Origin: an uncultured Pseudomonadales bacterium
GTDB taxonomy: Bacteria; Patescibacteriota; Microgenomatia; UBA1400; MFAQ01
DNA length: 64,000 nucleotides
NCBI GenBank assembly: GCA_964487665.1
Contig: CAZARR010000005.1
Span: 100-64,099 of the forward strand
Reading direction: 5' to 3'
The notes under the pieces were generated by a model, which was given only the letters and a program-made list of their open reading frames with translations, had not been told where the DNA came from and searched no databases. Shown here piece after piece: positions 9,608 through 18,457 of the stretch (the stretch's first letter is position 1; each line of letters opens with the position of its first letter). The position numbers and the translations under genes are program-made.

Positions 9608-10808
9608 CGGGCAGTTTATCGATCTCGTCTAGTTGATAACTTTTTTGCTCACGAGTGGTCAGGTTTTTGATTACCATGGAATTATTAGCCAGTTCGTCAG
9701 GTCCCACAATCGCGACAAATGGTATGCTCTTTCTGTCGGCATACTTGAGCTGTTTGTCGATTTTCAAACTTGGGTTGGGAAATAGCTCACAATTAATTCC
9801 ATTAGCGCGAAAGTTACTGGCCAGTTGTGAACTTAGCGAGAGTAATTCCGGGGAGAAAATTGTGACTAATATTTTACTATTGGTTTTTTTATTTGGTAAA
9901 AGGCCGAATTGGTCAGCCGCCTCTAAAGTACGGTCAAAGCCTATTCCGAATCCGGTACCGGGAATTTTTTGCCCTGAAATTTTTTCTACTAAATTATCAA
10001 ATCTTTCACCACCCAATACTGATCCAGACTCGAATCCTGGAATAGTCACTTCCCAAATTGGACCAGTGGAATAAGAGAAGGATCGTGCCAAAGTGGGTTC
10101 GAAACGGAACCAAGATGGGTCAAATCCAGATTGGGAGAGATAATTAAAAATTATCTCGATAGTTTGGTTAGGTTTAAGTTTTTTCGCAATTTCCATAAAA
10201 TTTTGAGCTTCTGTTAGGCTGATACCCTTAGTTATCATGTCTTCGATAACTCCACTAGCGCCGATTTTTTCTAGTTTGTCCAATGAAACGATAGCTGAAT
10301 AGGGAAGACTAGATAACAATGACCTGTCATTGACCAGAACCTGGACTTGTCTAAATCCAAGGCGACGATAGACATCTAGTGAAAGGGCGATTACTTCTGC
10401 GTCGGCGATAGGGGAACTAACACCAAAGATATCCGCGTCACATTGTGTAAATTCTCGATAACGGCCTCGCTGTGTGTTTTCGGCTCTAAACGCAGGTTGA
10501 ATTTGGTAGCGTCGGAAGGGCATAGGCAGGGATTGACTGTATTGGCCAACAACCCGACAGGTGGGGACAGTCTGGTCATAACGTAAAGCCACCTGACGAC
10601 CGCCGTTATCTTCAAATTTAAAGAATAGCTTCTCATCATCACCAATCTGGCCGGCGAAAAGCTCTAGTGGTTCAATGGTTGGCGTTTCGATAGGATCGTA
10701 ACCCCAAAGTTCGAAAATTCCGGCGATTTTGTCGCGGAGCCATTTTCGTTTGAGGGCTTCCTGGGGGAGAAAGTCGCGAAAGCCCTTGAGCGTTTGTGGA
10801 AGATTCAT
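9591..10808 (-). CDS. hisS: Histidyl-tRNA synthetase
   Basis: KGFRDF, LRYDQT, FRAE..QRGRYREFTQCD, GFGIGFDR. Confidence 0.97.
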   Translation of the reverse strand: MNLPQTLKGFRDFLPQEALKRKWLRDKIAGIFELWGYDPIETPTIEPLELFAGQIGDDEKLFFKFEDNGGRQVALRYDQTVPTCRVVGQYSQSLPMPFRRYQIQPAFRAENTQRGRYREFTQCDADIFGVSSPIADAEVIALSLDVYRRLGFRQVQVLVNDRSLLSSLPYSAIVSLDKLEKIGASGVIEDMITKGISLTEAQNFMEIAKKLKPNQTIEIIFNYLSQSGFDPSWFRFEPTLARSFSYSTGPIWEVTIPGFESGSVLGGERFDNLVEKISGQKIPGTGFGIGFDRTLEAADQFGLLPNKKTNSKILVTIFSPELLSLSSQLASNFRANGINCELFPNPSLKIDKQLKYADRKSIPFVAIVGPDELANNSMVIKNLTTREQKSYQLDEIDKLPDVFYN

Positions 10809-10836
10809 AAGTATAATTCTAGCAAGTAAATAATTA

Positions 10837-11271
10837 TTAACCTAGAAGATCATTTGAGGCTAAATCATCGAGGTTTTGAACCTGGAATTTTCCGAGCCTA
10901 CGCTTACCAAAATAGATGAATGGAACCGTAGCGTTTTTAGAGGTTATAAAATCCTTATTGGTGTCGCCCAAATAGTACGTTTGCAAGGAACCTGATATTT
11001 TAATTAAGTATTGTATTGCAGCCGGGTTCGGTTTACTTGGAAGTTGTGAACCTGATGTAACCACAAACATTTTTGAAATAATTGTGTTCAAGATGTTAAG
11101 TTTGCTCAGGATATTAATTGTTTCGGATTGTGTTGCCCCAGTAAAAACTGATAACAGATAACCCTTTTCCTGAATTTTTATCAAACTATCTCTGTTCCCA
11201 TTAAGAGTGGGCGGTCTCATGTTTTTCACGAGAGTTCCCTGAAGATCAAATATCAGTAATTTGTTTATCAT
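10837..11271 (-). CDS. Small HAD-superfamily hydrolase (motif I variant DLQGT)
   Basis: IFDLQGTL, VFTG, SKPNP, LGDTNKD; ATGA overlap with the upstream gene. Confidence 0.8.
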   Translation of the reverse strand: MINKLLIFDLQGTLVKNMRPPTLNGNRDSLIKIQEKGYLLSVFTGATQSETINILSKLNILNTIISKMFVVTSGSQLPSKPNPAAIQYLIKISGSLQTYYLGDTNKDFITSKNATVPFIYFGKRRLGKFQVQNLDDLASNDLLG

Positions 11272-12608
11272 ACCTCTTTCCATCTCAATGGTAAGTTGAA
11301 ACCAGCATCGTTTATTAGTGGTGTTTGGCCGTATGTAGCCATAACACCAAGAACTTGTTTGCTAGAAATCCAAATACAAATTTTTTCAAATAGAGCGTCT
11401 GGTTGGGTAATGCGTCTGGCCCTATTGTCAACACAAACGAGACCCTGAGTTGTAGAAACCGTAAGGGGTTGAAAAATATACTTGCTCGGATCATTAAGAA
11501 GCGAAAATTCATCTTTTGTTTCAAGTATTCTGACCCCATTGAGTGACTCAGAACTGATGGGTTTTGCGACTACTGGGAGGCTTGTTTGTGGTGGAGCTGT
11601 CGAGGTGTTGATAAATGTGTCAGGTGCTAATCTGTAGAGTTTTTCCAGCGAATCCTTTTGGTCTAGTGCTCTGAATTGGGACGGAGCTAAAAGTAACCCT
11701 TGCTGCTGGGCCTGAATTATTGCCTCGACTGCCTTTTGTTCTCCGGCAGATTGGTTAGTCATTGTAAACGAACCGTCGAAATAGAGTGTTGATACCACAA
11801 TATTACTTTTTGTAACAAGACAACCGGAATCGGCTAATCTTAAATCCCTCAAGGGGCTAACAACTACTTGGGTAAAGCGGGATGTAGCCTCGAGATAAGC
11901 GGCAAGACAGTAGATTTCATCACGTTGACAGCTGGTAGTCTGGTCACAGTAGGCAAGACCAATTGGTCCCCGAGATTTGGCGTTTGCCAATTGTTCAGAA
12001 AAAATTTTGATGGGCTTGGTAAAACTACCAAGGCCATAAATATCGTAGAAGGCTTGGAGGGCTCCGATATTGTCGACCCAGCACGGATTAATTTCGATTA
12101 TTTTGACTCTATTGTCAGGTTGTCGGATAACGTCGACGCGAGCCATTGGTAAACCTAGGGGCATTTCTTCAAGTGCTTGAGCCAGATACCAAATTTTTTC
12201 CGGAAAATTGGTGGGGAGTATTATCGTAGCCGGGTATTCGGTAGTCTTTTCAGGAAAAGCAAAGTTGAAAACGTAATCGCCATAGCTTGCACCTCGCTCT
12301 TTTAGGCAGACAAAAAGCTTTGCTGCCATCTGTAATTTCTCTAGACCTAAACCGTCAGGGATAAACATCGATTCTTTAAACCTTGACCTGTTCGCGCTAC
12401 GCCATTGGGCTTGACGTTTCCGGGCAACCCTGAGTTCTTTCCACAATACTCTTTCCGTTTTTGACGGAGCCAAGCTGCGGCTGAGCGCTTGTCCCAATAG
12501 ATTGATATCGGCGTTAATTTGTGTCTGGTACCCTAACGAGTCGGCCTTTCTTCTCAGGTCATCAAGTTGGCCACGAGTGGGGTAGCTTACTGTCTCTTTA
12601 TTCTTCAT
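11268..12608 (-). CDS. Circularly permuted ATP-grasp ligase (glutathionylspermidine-synthase-like)
   Basis: ARVDV...KIIEINP, VVAKP...GV and YIFQ motifs in the order typical of CP-ATP-grasp enzymes. Confidence 0.65.
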   Translation of the reverse strand: MKNKETVSYPTRGQLDDLRRKADSLGYQTQINADINLLGQALSRSLAPSKTERVLWKELRVARKRQAQWRSANRSRFKESMFIPDGLGLEKLQMAAKLFVCLKERGASYGDYVFNFAFPEKTTEYPATIILPTNFPEKIWYLAQALEEMPLGLPMARVDVIRQPDNRVKIIEINPCWVDNIGALQAFYDIYGLGSFTKPIKIFSEQLANAKSRGPIGLAYCDQTTSCQRDEIYCLAAYLEATSRFTQVVVSPLRDLRLADSGCLVTKSNIVVSTLYFDGSFTMTNQSAGEQKAVEAIIQAQQQGLLLAPSQFRALDQKDSLEKLYRLAPDTFINTSTAPPQTSLPVVAKPISSESLNGVRILETKDEFSLLNDPSKYIFQPLTVSTTQGLVCVDNRARRITQPDALFEKICIWISSKQVLGVMATYGQTPLINDAGFNLPLRWKEV

Positions 12609-12674
12609 CGTTCCAAAAGTAATTAATAAAAATTACTTGTGAAGAACGAGGGTTTTTGATGGCTGTTAAGCCAT

Positions 12675-12697
12675 AAAAAAAGACCGCCCGCGGTCCC
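12675..12697 (-). terminator. Leader intrinsic terminator
   Basis: GACCG-CGGG-CGGUC followed by U7, 66 nt upstream of the ATG at 12608. Confidence 0.75.
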
Positions 12698-12847
12698 ATC
12701 TTCTTTTTCAAGCCTTATGGGGGCTTGAACGCTTGGTCCCGACTCTAGGTTGTGCCTGACATCAGGTGCTTGTCTTTTTACGGCTGCAAGTCGTTCCGTC
12801 TGGTATTTTGCCAGCTGCTCCCGGGTCGTGACTCCGGTAATAGCGCA
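12675..12847 (-). promoter_or_regulatory. T-box-like riboswitch, His specificity (putative)
   Basis: Short stem with CAC in the apical loop (12828-12830); ACGG/CCGU stem with CUUG/CAAG pseudoknot; hairpin UUCAAGCC/GGCUUGAA; UGGGACCGCG (12689-12698); terminator; upstream of the hisS string. Confidence 0.7.
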
Positions 12848-12886
12848 TTTAGTTAAGTTGTGGCGAGTATTTTAGGCAATTGACCG

Positions 12887-13546
12887 TTATTTGTCAAATT
12901 TGGCCTTGAGAAGGGTGTACTGCTTATTTTTGCTGTCGCTAGTTACGATGGCAGTAACTTTGCTAGAGGTCGTGGAACTATTGATTGTTGGAGTAAAGTT
13001 TCTAGGAAAGATAACTTTTATCTCTGTCTGGTCCGGGCGGAGTATAGAAAAAACGCGTGTCTTGGTATCGACTGTGGTTACAGTACCAAATACAGGCATG
13101 CGTGTGGCGATAGCAACCGAGGGTTGGCCAATGTTGATAATGCGACGAGCAATAACAATATCCGAACCCATCTGGCGTTCACCAATGATAATTATCTTCC
13201 CGTTTAGTGATAGGTCTTTGATAGTAATGTTTTTGTTATTATCGAGAATAGTTGTGGAGTTTTGAATAGCAATTTGTAGGTTTTCATTCTTCTTAGTTGT
13301 GACCAGCAAATTATTACTGTTGATTGAATCAACGGTAGTTACAACACCAATTAGGTTCTGGCTTATGGCCACAGCCGAAGATTGGGCGTTTTTGTCGATA
13401 GTGTCTTTAATTTTGTCGACAACTTCCTTGGTTATTTCTTGGCTACTTGTTGCCTCGGGAGTGGTGGCCGCAAATGTGATTATTTGATGACTGAGACATA
13501 GGAAAGAAAAAATAATAATGGTAGTAATGTTAGTCAGGTGTTTCAT
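12887..13546 (-). CDS. Secreted hypothetical protein (beta-rich, DUF5666-like)
   Basis: Signal-peptide-like N-terminus; repeated beta-strand pattern. Confidence 0.65.
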   Translation of the reverse strand: MKHLTNITTIIIFSFLCLSHQIITFAATTPEATSSQEITKEVVDKIKDTIDKNAQSSAVAISQNLIGVVTTVDSINSNNLLVTTKKNENLQIAIQNSTTILDNNKNITIKDLSLNGKIIIIGERQMGSDIVIARRIINIGQPSVAIATRMPVFGTVTTVDTKTRVFSILRPDQTEIKVIFPRNFTPTINSSTTSSKVTAIVTSDSKNKQYTLLKAKFDK

Positions 13547-13983
13547 AAAGTTGAGGTGGTGTAAATAACCGTTACCGTTTGATCCTCTTGAGTGGAGCCA
13601 ATAATGGTCGTGACTCTAATTTCATTTTCTCCACCAACCAAGCTGATATTAGTTTCGTAGTTACCTTTGTTGTCCGAAGTTACGATTGTCTCCGAGCCCT
13701 CATATATAACTGTAAGATCGCTGTTCGCAGGCGCTTTTCCTCTGACAATGATATTTTTTTCAAACAAAACCGACTGATCTTGGGGGTAGGTAATGGTTAG
13801 TTTGGCCGTGGGTGGTGTGGGGGCGGCAGTAACTGTGGCCAGAGAGCTTGTTTGCTCCGTTGCCTTGGGAAGGTTAGTGGTAATTGCCTTTTGCGTTGCT
13901 TCCTTTGCAATCTTTAGACCGTAAAGTATTACAGTTCCAAGAATGGCGCCTATGACAATTGCGAAAACTATTTCTTTACGCAT
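13543..13983 (-). CDS. Membrane-anchored Ig-like domain protein
   Basis: N-terminal TM, Thr/Pro linker, LTITYP...GENEI Ig-like pattern. Confidence 0.7.
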   Translation of the reverse strand: MRKEIVFAIVIGAILGTVILYGLKIAKEATQKAITTNLPKATEQTSSLATVTAAPTPPTAKLTITYPQDQSVLFEKNIIVRGKAPANSDLTVIYEGSETIVTSDNKGNYETNISLVGGENEIRVTTIIGSTQEDQTVTVIYTTSTL

Positions 13984-14045
13984 CAAGCGCAAAGATAACA
14001 GTTTATGGGAGCGAATTCAACTGGGTGTATGCTAAGATAAGGGCA

Positions 14046-14714
14046 ATGGTCGAGATTGTTTATTTGGGTCATTCGTGTTTTAAGATAAAATCAGGCAAAT
14101 TACCAACGGTGTTAATTGATCCATTTGATCCCAAGGTGGTGGGATTGGGACTTCCCAAACAGGATGCCGATATTGTATGTATTTCTCATCAACATGAAGA
14201 TCACAATTGTAGTTTGGTAGTTTCTGGGGCAACAGGACGGGAAGCTCCATTTGTTATCGATAGGCCGGGCGAGTATGAAATCGGTGGGGTTGAGGTCAGG
14301 ATGGTCAACACATTTCATGATAATAAAGAAGGAGATGAGCGCGGAAAGAATTTAGTCTGTGTAGTGAGAATAGATGGAGTTTTTGTGGTACACCTGGGTG
14401 ACTTGGGACATTCTTTGTCAGACAAGAAAGTCGAAGAGATTGGTTATACGGACGTGTTGATGATTCCAGTGGGTGGTATATATACAATTCCAATTAAGGA
14501 GGCTGTGGGGGTGATTAACCAGCTGGATCCAGGAATAGTGGTACCAATGCATTACAAAGTCGAAGGTCTGGTTTTGCCACGCGCTTCTGAGATGAATACT
14601 GTTGACGAATTTTTGAAGATTTACGGTGTTCAAGACCCAGTTCGCGAGAAAAAACTAAAAGTAAGTGCGGACTCTTTACCCGAAAATACTATTGTTGAAG
14701 TGTTAGAAGTCTAA
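14046..14714 (+). CDS. Metallo-beta-lactamase-fold hydrolase
   Basis: LGHSCF, SHQHEDH, HLGD, PMHY. Confidence 0.9.
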   Translation: MVEIVYLGHSCFKIKSGKLPTVLIDPFDPKVVGLGLPKQDADIVCISHQHEDHNCSLVVSGATGREAPFVIDRPGEYEIGGVEVRMVNTFHDNKEGDERGKNLVCVVRIDGVFVVHLGDLGHSLSDKKVEEIGYTDVLMIPVGGIYTIPIKEAVGVINQLDPGIVVPMHYKVEGLVLPRASEMNTVDEFLKIYGVQDPVREKKLKVSADSLPENTIVEVLEV

Positions 14715-14722
14715 TATTTTGT

Positions 14723-16033
14723 ATGGCTATTAGGATTCCACCGCATTCGGACGAGGCGGAAAGGAGTGTGTTGGGAGCGCTTCTTATTGACCGAGACGCG
14801 GTGGTAGAGGTAATAGACAAGCTTTCGGCTGACATGTTTTATGATCAAGCTAGGGGCAAAATTTTTGGGGCTATCAAAGTACTTTATGAAAATCGTGACC
14901 CGATAGATGTGGTGACAGTGGGGGACAGATTAAAATCGGATAAAGTCTTAAAGGATGTTGGTGGTGTATCGATCTTGACGGAGTTAGCCGGTGGCGTGCC
15001 AACTACCGCGCACGTAGGCAAGTATGCCAAGATAGTTAAAGAAAACTATGTAAAACGCCAAATGGTTTCGTTGGCTGCCGATCTGACGGAGATGGTCCTC
15101 GACGAAGGGAGTGATCTTGATCAGGTATTGGATAGGGCAGAGCAGTCGGTGTTTTCAATCAGTCAAAAAAATGTCAACACGGGGTTTGTGGCGATAAAAG
15201 ATGCCTTGGCGGAAAGTTTTGATAGGCTTGATGAGCTGCATAAATCTGGTGGGGGGCTGCGGGGGATTCCCACGGGTTTTACCGACCTCGACGACGCTTT
15301 GGCGGGTATGCAAGAGAGTAACTTAATTATATTAGCTGCGCGACCTGGAGTGGGGAAAACAAGTCTGGCGCTAAACATTGCTCACTATGCTGCCGTAGAG
15401 AAAAAGATTCCAGTAGGCGTATTTTCACTAGAAATGAGTAATTTGGAATTGGTGGATCGCTTGTTGGTGGCCCAGGCGAATATTGACGCATGGAAGATGA
15501 AAACAGGTAATCTGAAAGATGACGACTGGTTGGCTATGTCCGAAGCGATGGGGGTACTGGCTGACTCGCCACTTTTTATAGATGATACGCCCGGGCAATC
15601 TATATTACAGATGAGGACAAAAGCAAGAAGGTTACAGTCTGATTCTGGGATAAAGTTATTGGTGGTTGATTATCTCCAATTAGCTGTTGGCGACGGAAAA
15701 TACGAAAGTAGAGTTCAAGAGGTGGGGGCGATATCACAGGGGCTGAAAAATTTGGCTCGTGAATTAAAAATTCCGGTTTTGGCATTGTCCCAGTTATCAC
15801 GAGCAGTAGAAAGTAGAGGAGAAAAAATTCCTCAGCTTTCTGATTTGCGAGAATCGGGCAGCATCGAACAGGACGCTGATGTGGTGATGTTTTTGTTTAA
15901 GCCAGACGAAGAAAATTTGGAGGATTACAAGCTGAACATTGCCAAGCACAGGAATGGTCCACTGAGAACTATTGAATTGCACTTCCGTGGAGACAGAATT
16001 AGGTTTTACGGTGCGGAGCGGGGTAGGAACTAG
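14723..16033 (+). CDS. dnaB: Replicative DNA helicase
   Basis: PPHS.EAE, AARPGVGKT, DYLQL, SDLRESGSIEQDAD; no intein. Confidence 0.98.
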   Translation: MAIRIPPHSDEAERSVLGALLIDRDAVVEVIDKLSADMFYDQARGKIFGAIKVLYENRDPIDVVTVGDRLKSDKVLKDVGGVSILTELAGGVPTTAHVGKYAKIVKENYVKRQMVSLAADLTEMVLDEGSDLDQVLDRAEQSVFSISQKNVNTGFVAIKDALAESFDRLDELHKSGGGLRGIPTGFTDLDDALAGMQESNLIILAARPGVGKTSLALNIAHYAAVEKKIPVGVFSLEMSNLELVDRLLVAQANIDAWKMKTGNLKDDDWLAMSEAMGVLADSPLFIDDTPGQSILQMRTKARRLQSDSGIKLLVVDYLQLAVGDGKYESRVQEVGAISQGLKNLARELKIPVLALSQLSRAVESRGEKIPQLSDLRESGSIEQDADVVMFLFKPDEENLEDYKLNIAKHRNGPLRTIELHFRGDRIRFYGAERGRN

Positions 16034-16524
16034 TCTGCAATTATCGAGGATACTTTTGGGAGTGCGACGCGTAGGTAGTCGACTGATTTCATGGCAATGG
16101 AATAGCGTTTGTCCCCGGCGTTGAAAATAATGGTTTTGTGTTCGAATAGCGTTTGATCTGCAATTATTTCTAAACCAAACAAATTACCAAATGGAGGTAC
16201 GCCACCTAGTTCTATTCCGTGGGTCAGGTTGATAACCTCTTCTGGGGTTGCTAGCCGAATATCTTTGGCACCTAGGAGGCATTTGACTCTACGGTTGTCA
16301 AAACGAGTATCACCAGGAAGAACAAACATGGCGAATTTTTGGTTCAGCGGTGAAAATTTGATTCTGACTATCATAGCTTTGGCGCCCTGACTAATCGAAT
16401 AGTCTGGTCTGACTTTTGATGCCTCGAGACTGGTCTTTACCGGTTCGTGTTCAAAAGTTTCGAACCAGCAGTTATTATTTTTGAGTAGCTTAACAATGGT
16501 TGAGACAGTGGGGTGGTACTTCAT
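16030..16524 (-). CDS. YbaK/ProX-family aminoacyl-tRNA deacylase
   Basis: EHEP..TS, GAKAM, GGVPPFG, FNAG. Confidence 0.88.
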   Translation of the reverse strand: MKYHPTVSTIVKLLKNNNCWFETFEHEPVKTSLEASKVRPDYSISQGAKAMIVRIKFSPLNQKFAMFVLPGDTRFDNRRVKCLLGAKDIRLATPEEVINLTHGIELGGVPPFGNLFGLEIIADQTLFEHKTIIFNAGDKRYSIAMKSVDYLRVALPKVSSIIAD

Positions 16525-16551
16525 TGGCAATTTAGTGTTTTTGAAAACTTG

Positions 16552-16637
16552 TGCCGGGGGAGGGGGTCGAACCCTCACGAGGTTTGAGCCTCATAGGTTT
16601 TTGAGACCTACGCGTCTGCCAGTTCCGCCACCTCGGC
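16552..16637 (-). tRNA. tRNA-Leu(CAA)
   Basis: GCCGAGGTGGCGGAACTGGCAGACGCG-TAGGT-CT-CAA-AA-ACCTA, long variable arm, GGTTCGAC T-loop; CCA not encoded. Confidence 0.95.
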
Positions 16638-16677
16638 AAGCAGAGCTATTTTAGCATCTGTGAGGTAAAATATATTT

Positions 16678-17244
16678 ATGATTGATGTTAATGCTCTAAA
16701 GGTTGGAGTAACTTTCGTGGATGGAGGTGCCCCGTTCAAGGTGATGAAGTATGACTTTACCAAGATGGGGAGGGGTAATGCGACTATTAAAGTTAAAGCA
16801 AAAAATTTATTTACAGGGGCTATAGTCACCAAAGGTTTTATTTCAGGAAACAGAGTTGAAGACATTACTCTGGTAAAAAAACATCTTCAGTATCTATATA
16901 AAGACGAGAAGTACTTATTTTTGATGGACCCAATCAGCTTTGAGCAGGTGGAAATTCCCGTGGAGGTTTGTGGACCTGATGTTGAGTATTTGGTTGAGGG
17001 GGAAAAGGCCTGGGTCCTTTATTGGGAGGATAGGGTTCTTGGCGTTGAGATTCCTGCCTCTGTAGTACTAAAAGTAGTGGAAGCGGAGCCCGGGGTAAAA
17101 GGTAATAGTGTTGGCAACGTGATGAAGAATGCGATACTGGAAAGTGGAAAAAAGATTATGGTCCCCCTTTTTGTTCAGGTTGGCGAGTTAGTCAAAGTAA
17201 ATACAGAAGAGGGGACGTACATTGGTCGAGTCAACGAAGGTTAG
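16678..17244 (+). CDS. efp: Elongation factor P
   Basis: KMGRGNA loop, YLYKD, PGVKG, VPLFV. Confidence 0.95.
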   Translation: MIDVNALKVGVTFVDGGAPFKVMKYDFTKMGRGNATIKVKAKNLFTGAIVTKGFISGNRVEDITLVKKHLQYLYKDEKYLFLMDPISFEQVEIPVEVCGPDVEYLVEGEKAWVLYWEDRVLGVEIPASVVLKVVEAEPGVKGNSVGNVMKNAILESGKKIMVPLFVQVGELVKVNTEEGTYIGRVNEG

Positions 17245-17684
17245 CGCAAAATGTAAACCAGAACAATGGTGACAATCTGCGGAATCAGACCGCGGAATAT
17301 TTGTGGCGTCGAGCGGTGGAAAAACTTGTGAAATTTAGCATGCTCTTTTATGGGAAAAAACTTCCAGCCAAGGAACAGAAAGGGAAATTCGAGAAAGTCA
17401 GGTAGTAAAGCGAAAAACCAACCAAGCCAGGGGAGAATTGAGAATGGTTGTTTGTAGTTAAAAAATAGGTAGACAAGCAAAACTGAGGCTGGTAAATCGA
17501 TAAATATCTCCTGTAAAAATGCCGCACGTTTACTTTTGAGCTTTTTCGAAAGGCCTTGTCCTACGTCCCAGTGGAGAATATAGTCTTCAAGATAGTGCGA
17601 GGTCAGTGTCAGCGGGACGGCAAGTAATGGGTTGAATTTGGAAAATATTAAGGCTCCTGTGGCAGCGTGGGCGATTGAGAGCAT
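17241..17684 (-). CDS. Membrane protein, YdjM-like metal-dependent hydrolase
   Basis: HAATG, SHYLEDYILHWD, LPD, FH motifs with TM segments. Confidence 0.6.
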   Translation of the reverse strand: MLSIAHAATGALIFSKFNPLLAVPLTLTSHYLEDYILHWDVGQGLSKKLKSKRAAFLQEIFIDLPASVLLVYLFFNYKQPFSILPWLGWFFALLPDFLEFPFLFLGWKFFPIKEHAKFHKFFHRSTPQIFRGLIPQIVTIVLVYILR

Positions 17685-17709
17685 GTTTTTTTAGTATACT
17701 ATAGACACA

Positions 17710-18432
17710 ATGAATTGGCCGGTACTACTTGACCTGGGTACAGTAAAAATTTATAGCTCGGGTTTGTTTGCGGTGTTGTCGTTTTTGTGGGGAATATTCG
17801 TGGTAAGTAAAAAGGCTAGAGAAGAACATCTTAGCCTGGCAACTGTTTACGATAGTGGAGTGATCAGTTTACTGGCAGTGGTCGTGATAATGAGAGCGGC
17901 TTTTTTTCTGGGTTTGAGAAATGCTTCTATAGAAATAGGATTGATCGGAGGGGTGTTAACTGGCGCAACTTTCTTGTCCTTTCGAGAGGAGAGGAAACTG
18001 TTTGATGTTTTGGACTTGATGGTTTTGGGCGGAATACTGGCTTTAGCTTGGGAATATTTAGGGTTTTTTTGGTCAGGTGCTGCAAGGATTTTTTTGTATA
18101 TAGGGAATTTTGGATTTGCGATTGACAGATTTTTGTTATTGGCACTATATTTCCTAACCGGATTTTTGATCCTGTGGCGACTAGAGACGATATATCGAAC
18201 ATTTATGTGGTACAGAGCCGGAAAATCATCAGCCAAGAGTGGTTTTGTAGTAGGAACAGCACTGTTCCTCGTGGGTCTTAGATTTTTGATATTGCCGGGT
18301 TCGTTGGTTGGAGTGGTATTCGGTTGGGTAATGGTAGTTGGGTCGATAATACTAATTTACCTTCGGTCTGGGCGGAAGATAGGAAATGACCTAAGGCAAT
18401 CGTATAAAAGTTTACGTAGACATAACCGGTAA
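17710..18432 (+). CDS. Lgt-like membrane protein (divergent)
   Basis: WPVLLDLGTVKIYSSG N-terminus resembles Lgt; adjacent to an lspA-like gene. Confidence 0.55.
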   Translation: MNWPVLLDLGTVKIYSSGLFAVLSFLWGIFVVSKKAREEHLSLATVYDSGVISLLAVVVIMRAAFFLGLRNASIEIGLIGGVLTGATFLSFREERKLFDVLDLMVLGGILALAWEYLGFFWSGAARIFLYIGNFGFAIDRFLLLALYFLTGFLILWRLETIYRTFMWYRAGKSSAKSGFVVGTALFLVGLRFLILPGSLVGVVFGWVMVVGSIILIYLRSGRKIGNDLRQSYKSLRRHNR

Positions 18433-18457
18433 GGTAATGTAAACTTCGCATAAGTAT

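Noticed and set aside
12762-12848. 28-aa leader peptide MRYYRSHDPG... as a ribosome-mediated His attenuator, or a ZTP/TPP/ydaO riboswitch
   Set aside because: Only one His codon is present and the conserved cores of those riboswitches are absent; the T-box reading explains more features
16525-16578. N-terminal extension MRVRPPPP of the YbaK ORF and ORF 16608-16865
   Set aside because: They overlap tRNA-Leu and efp
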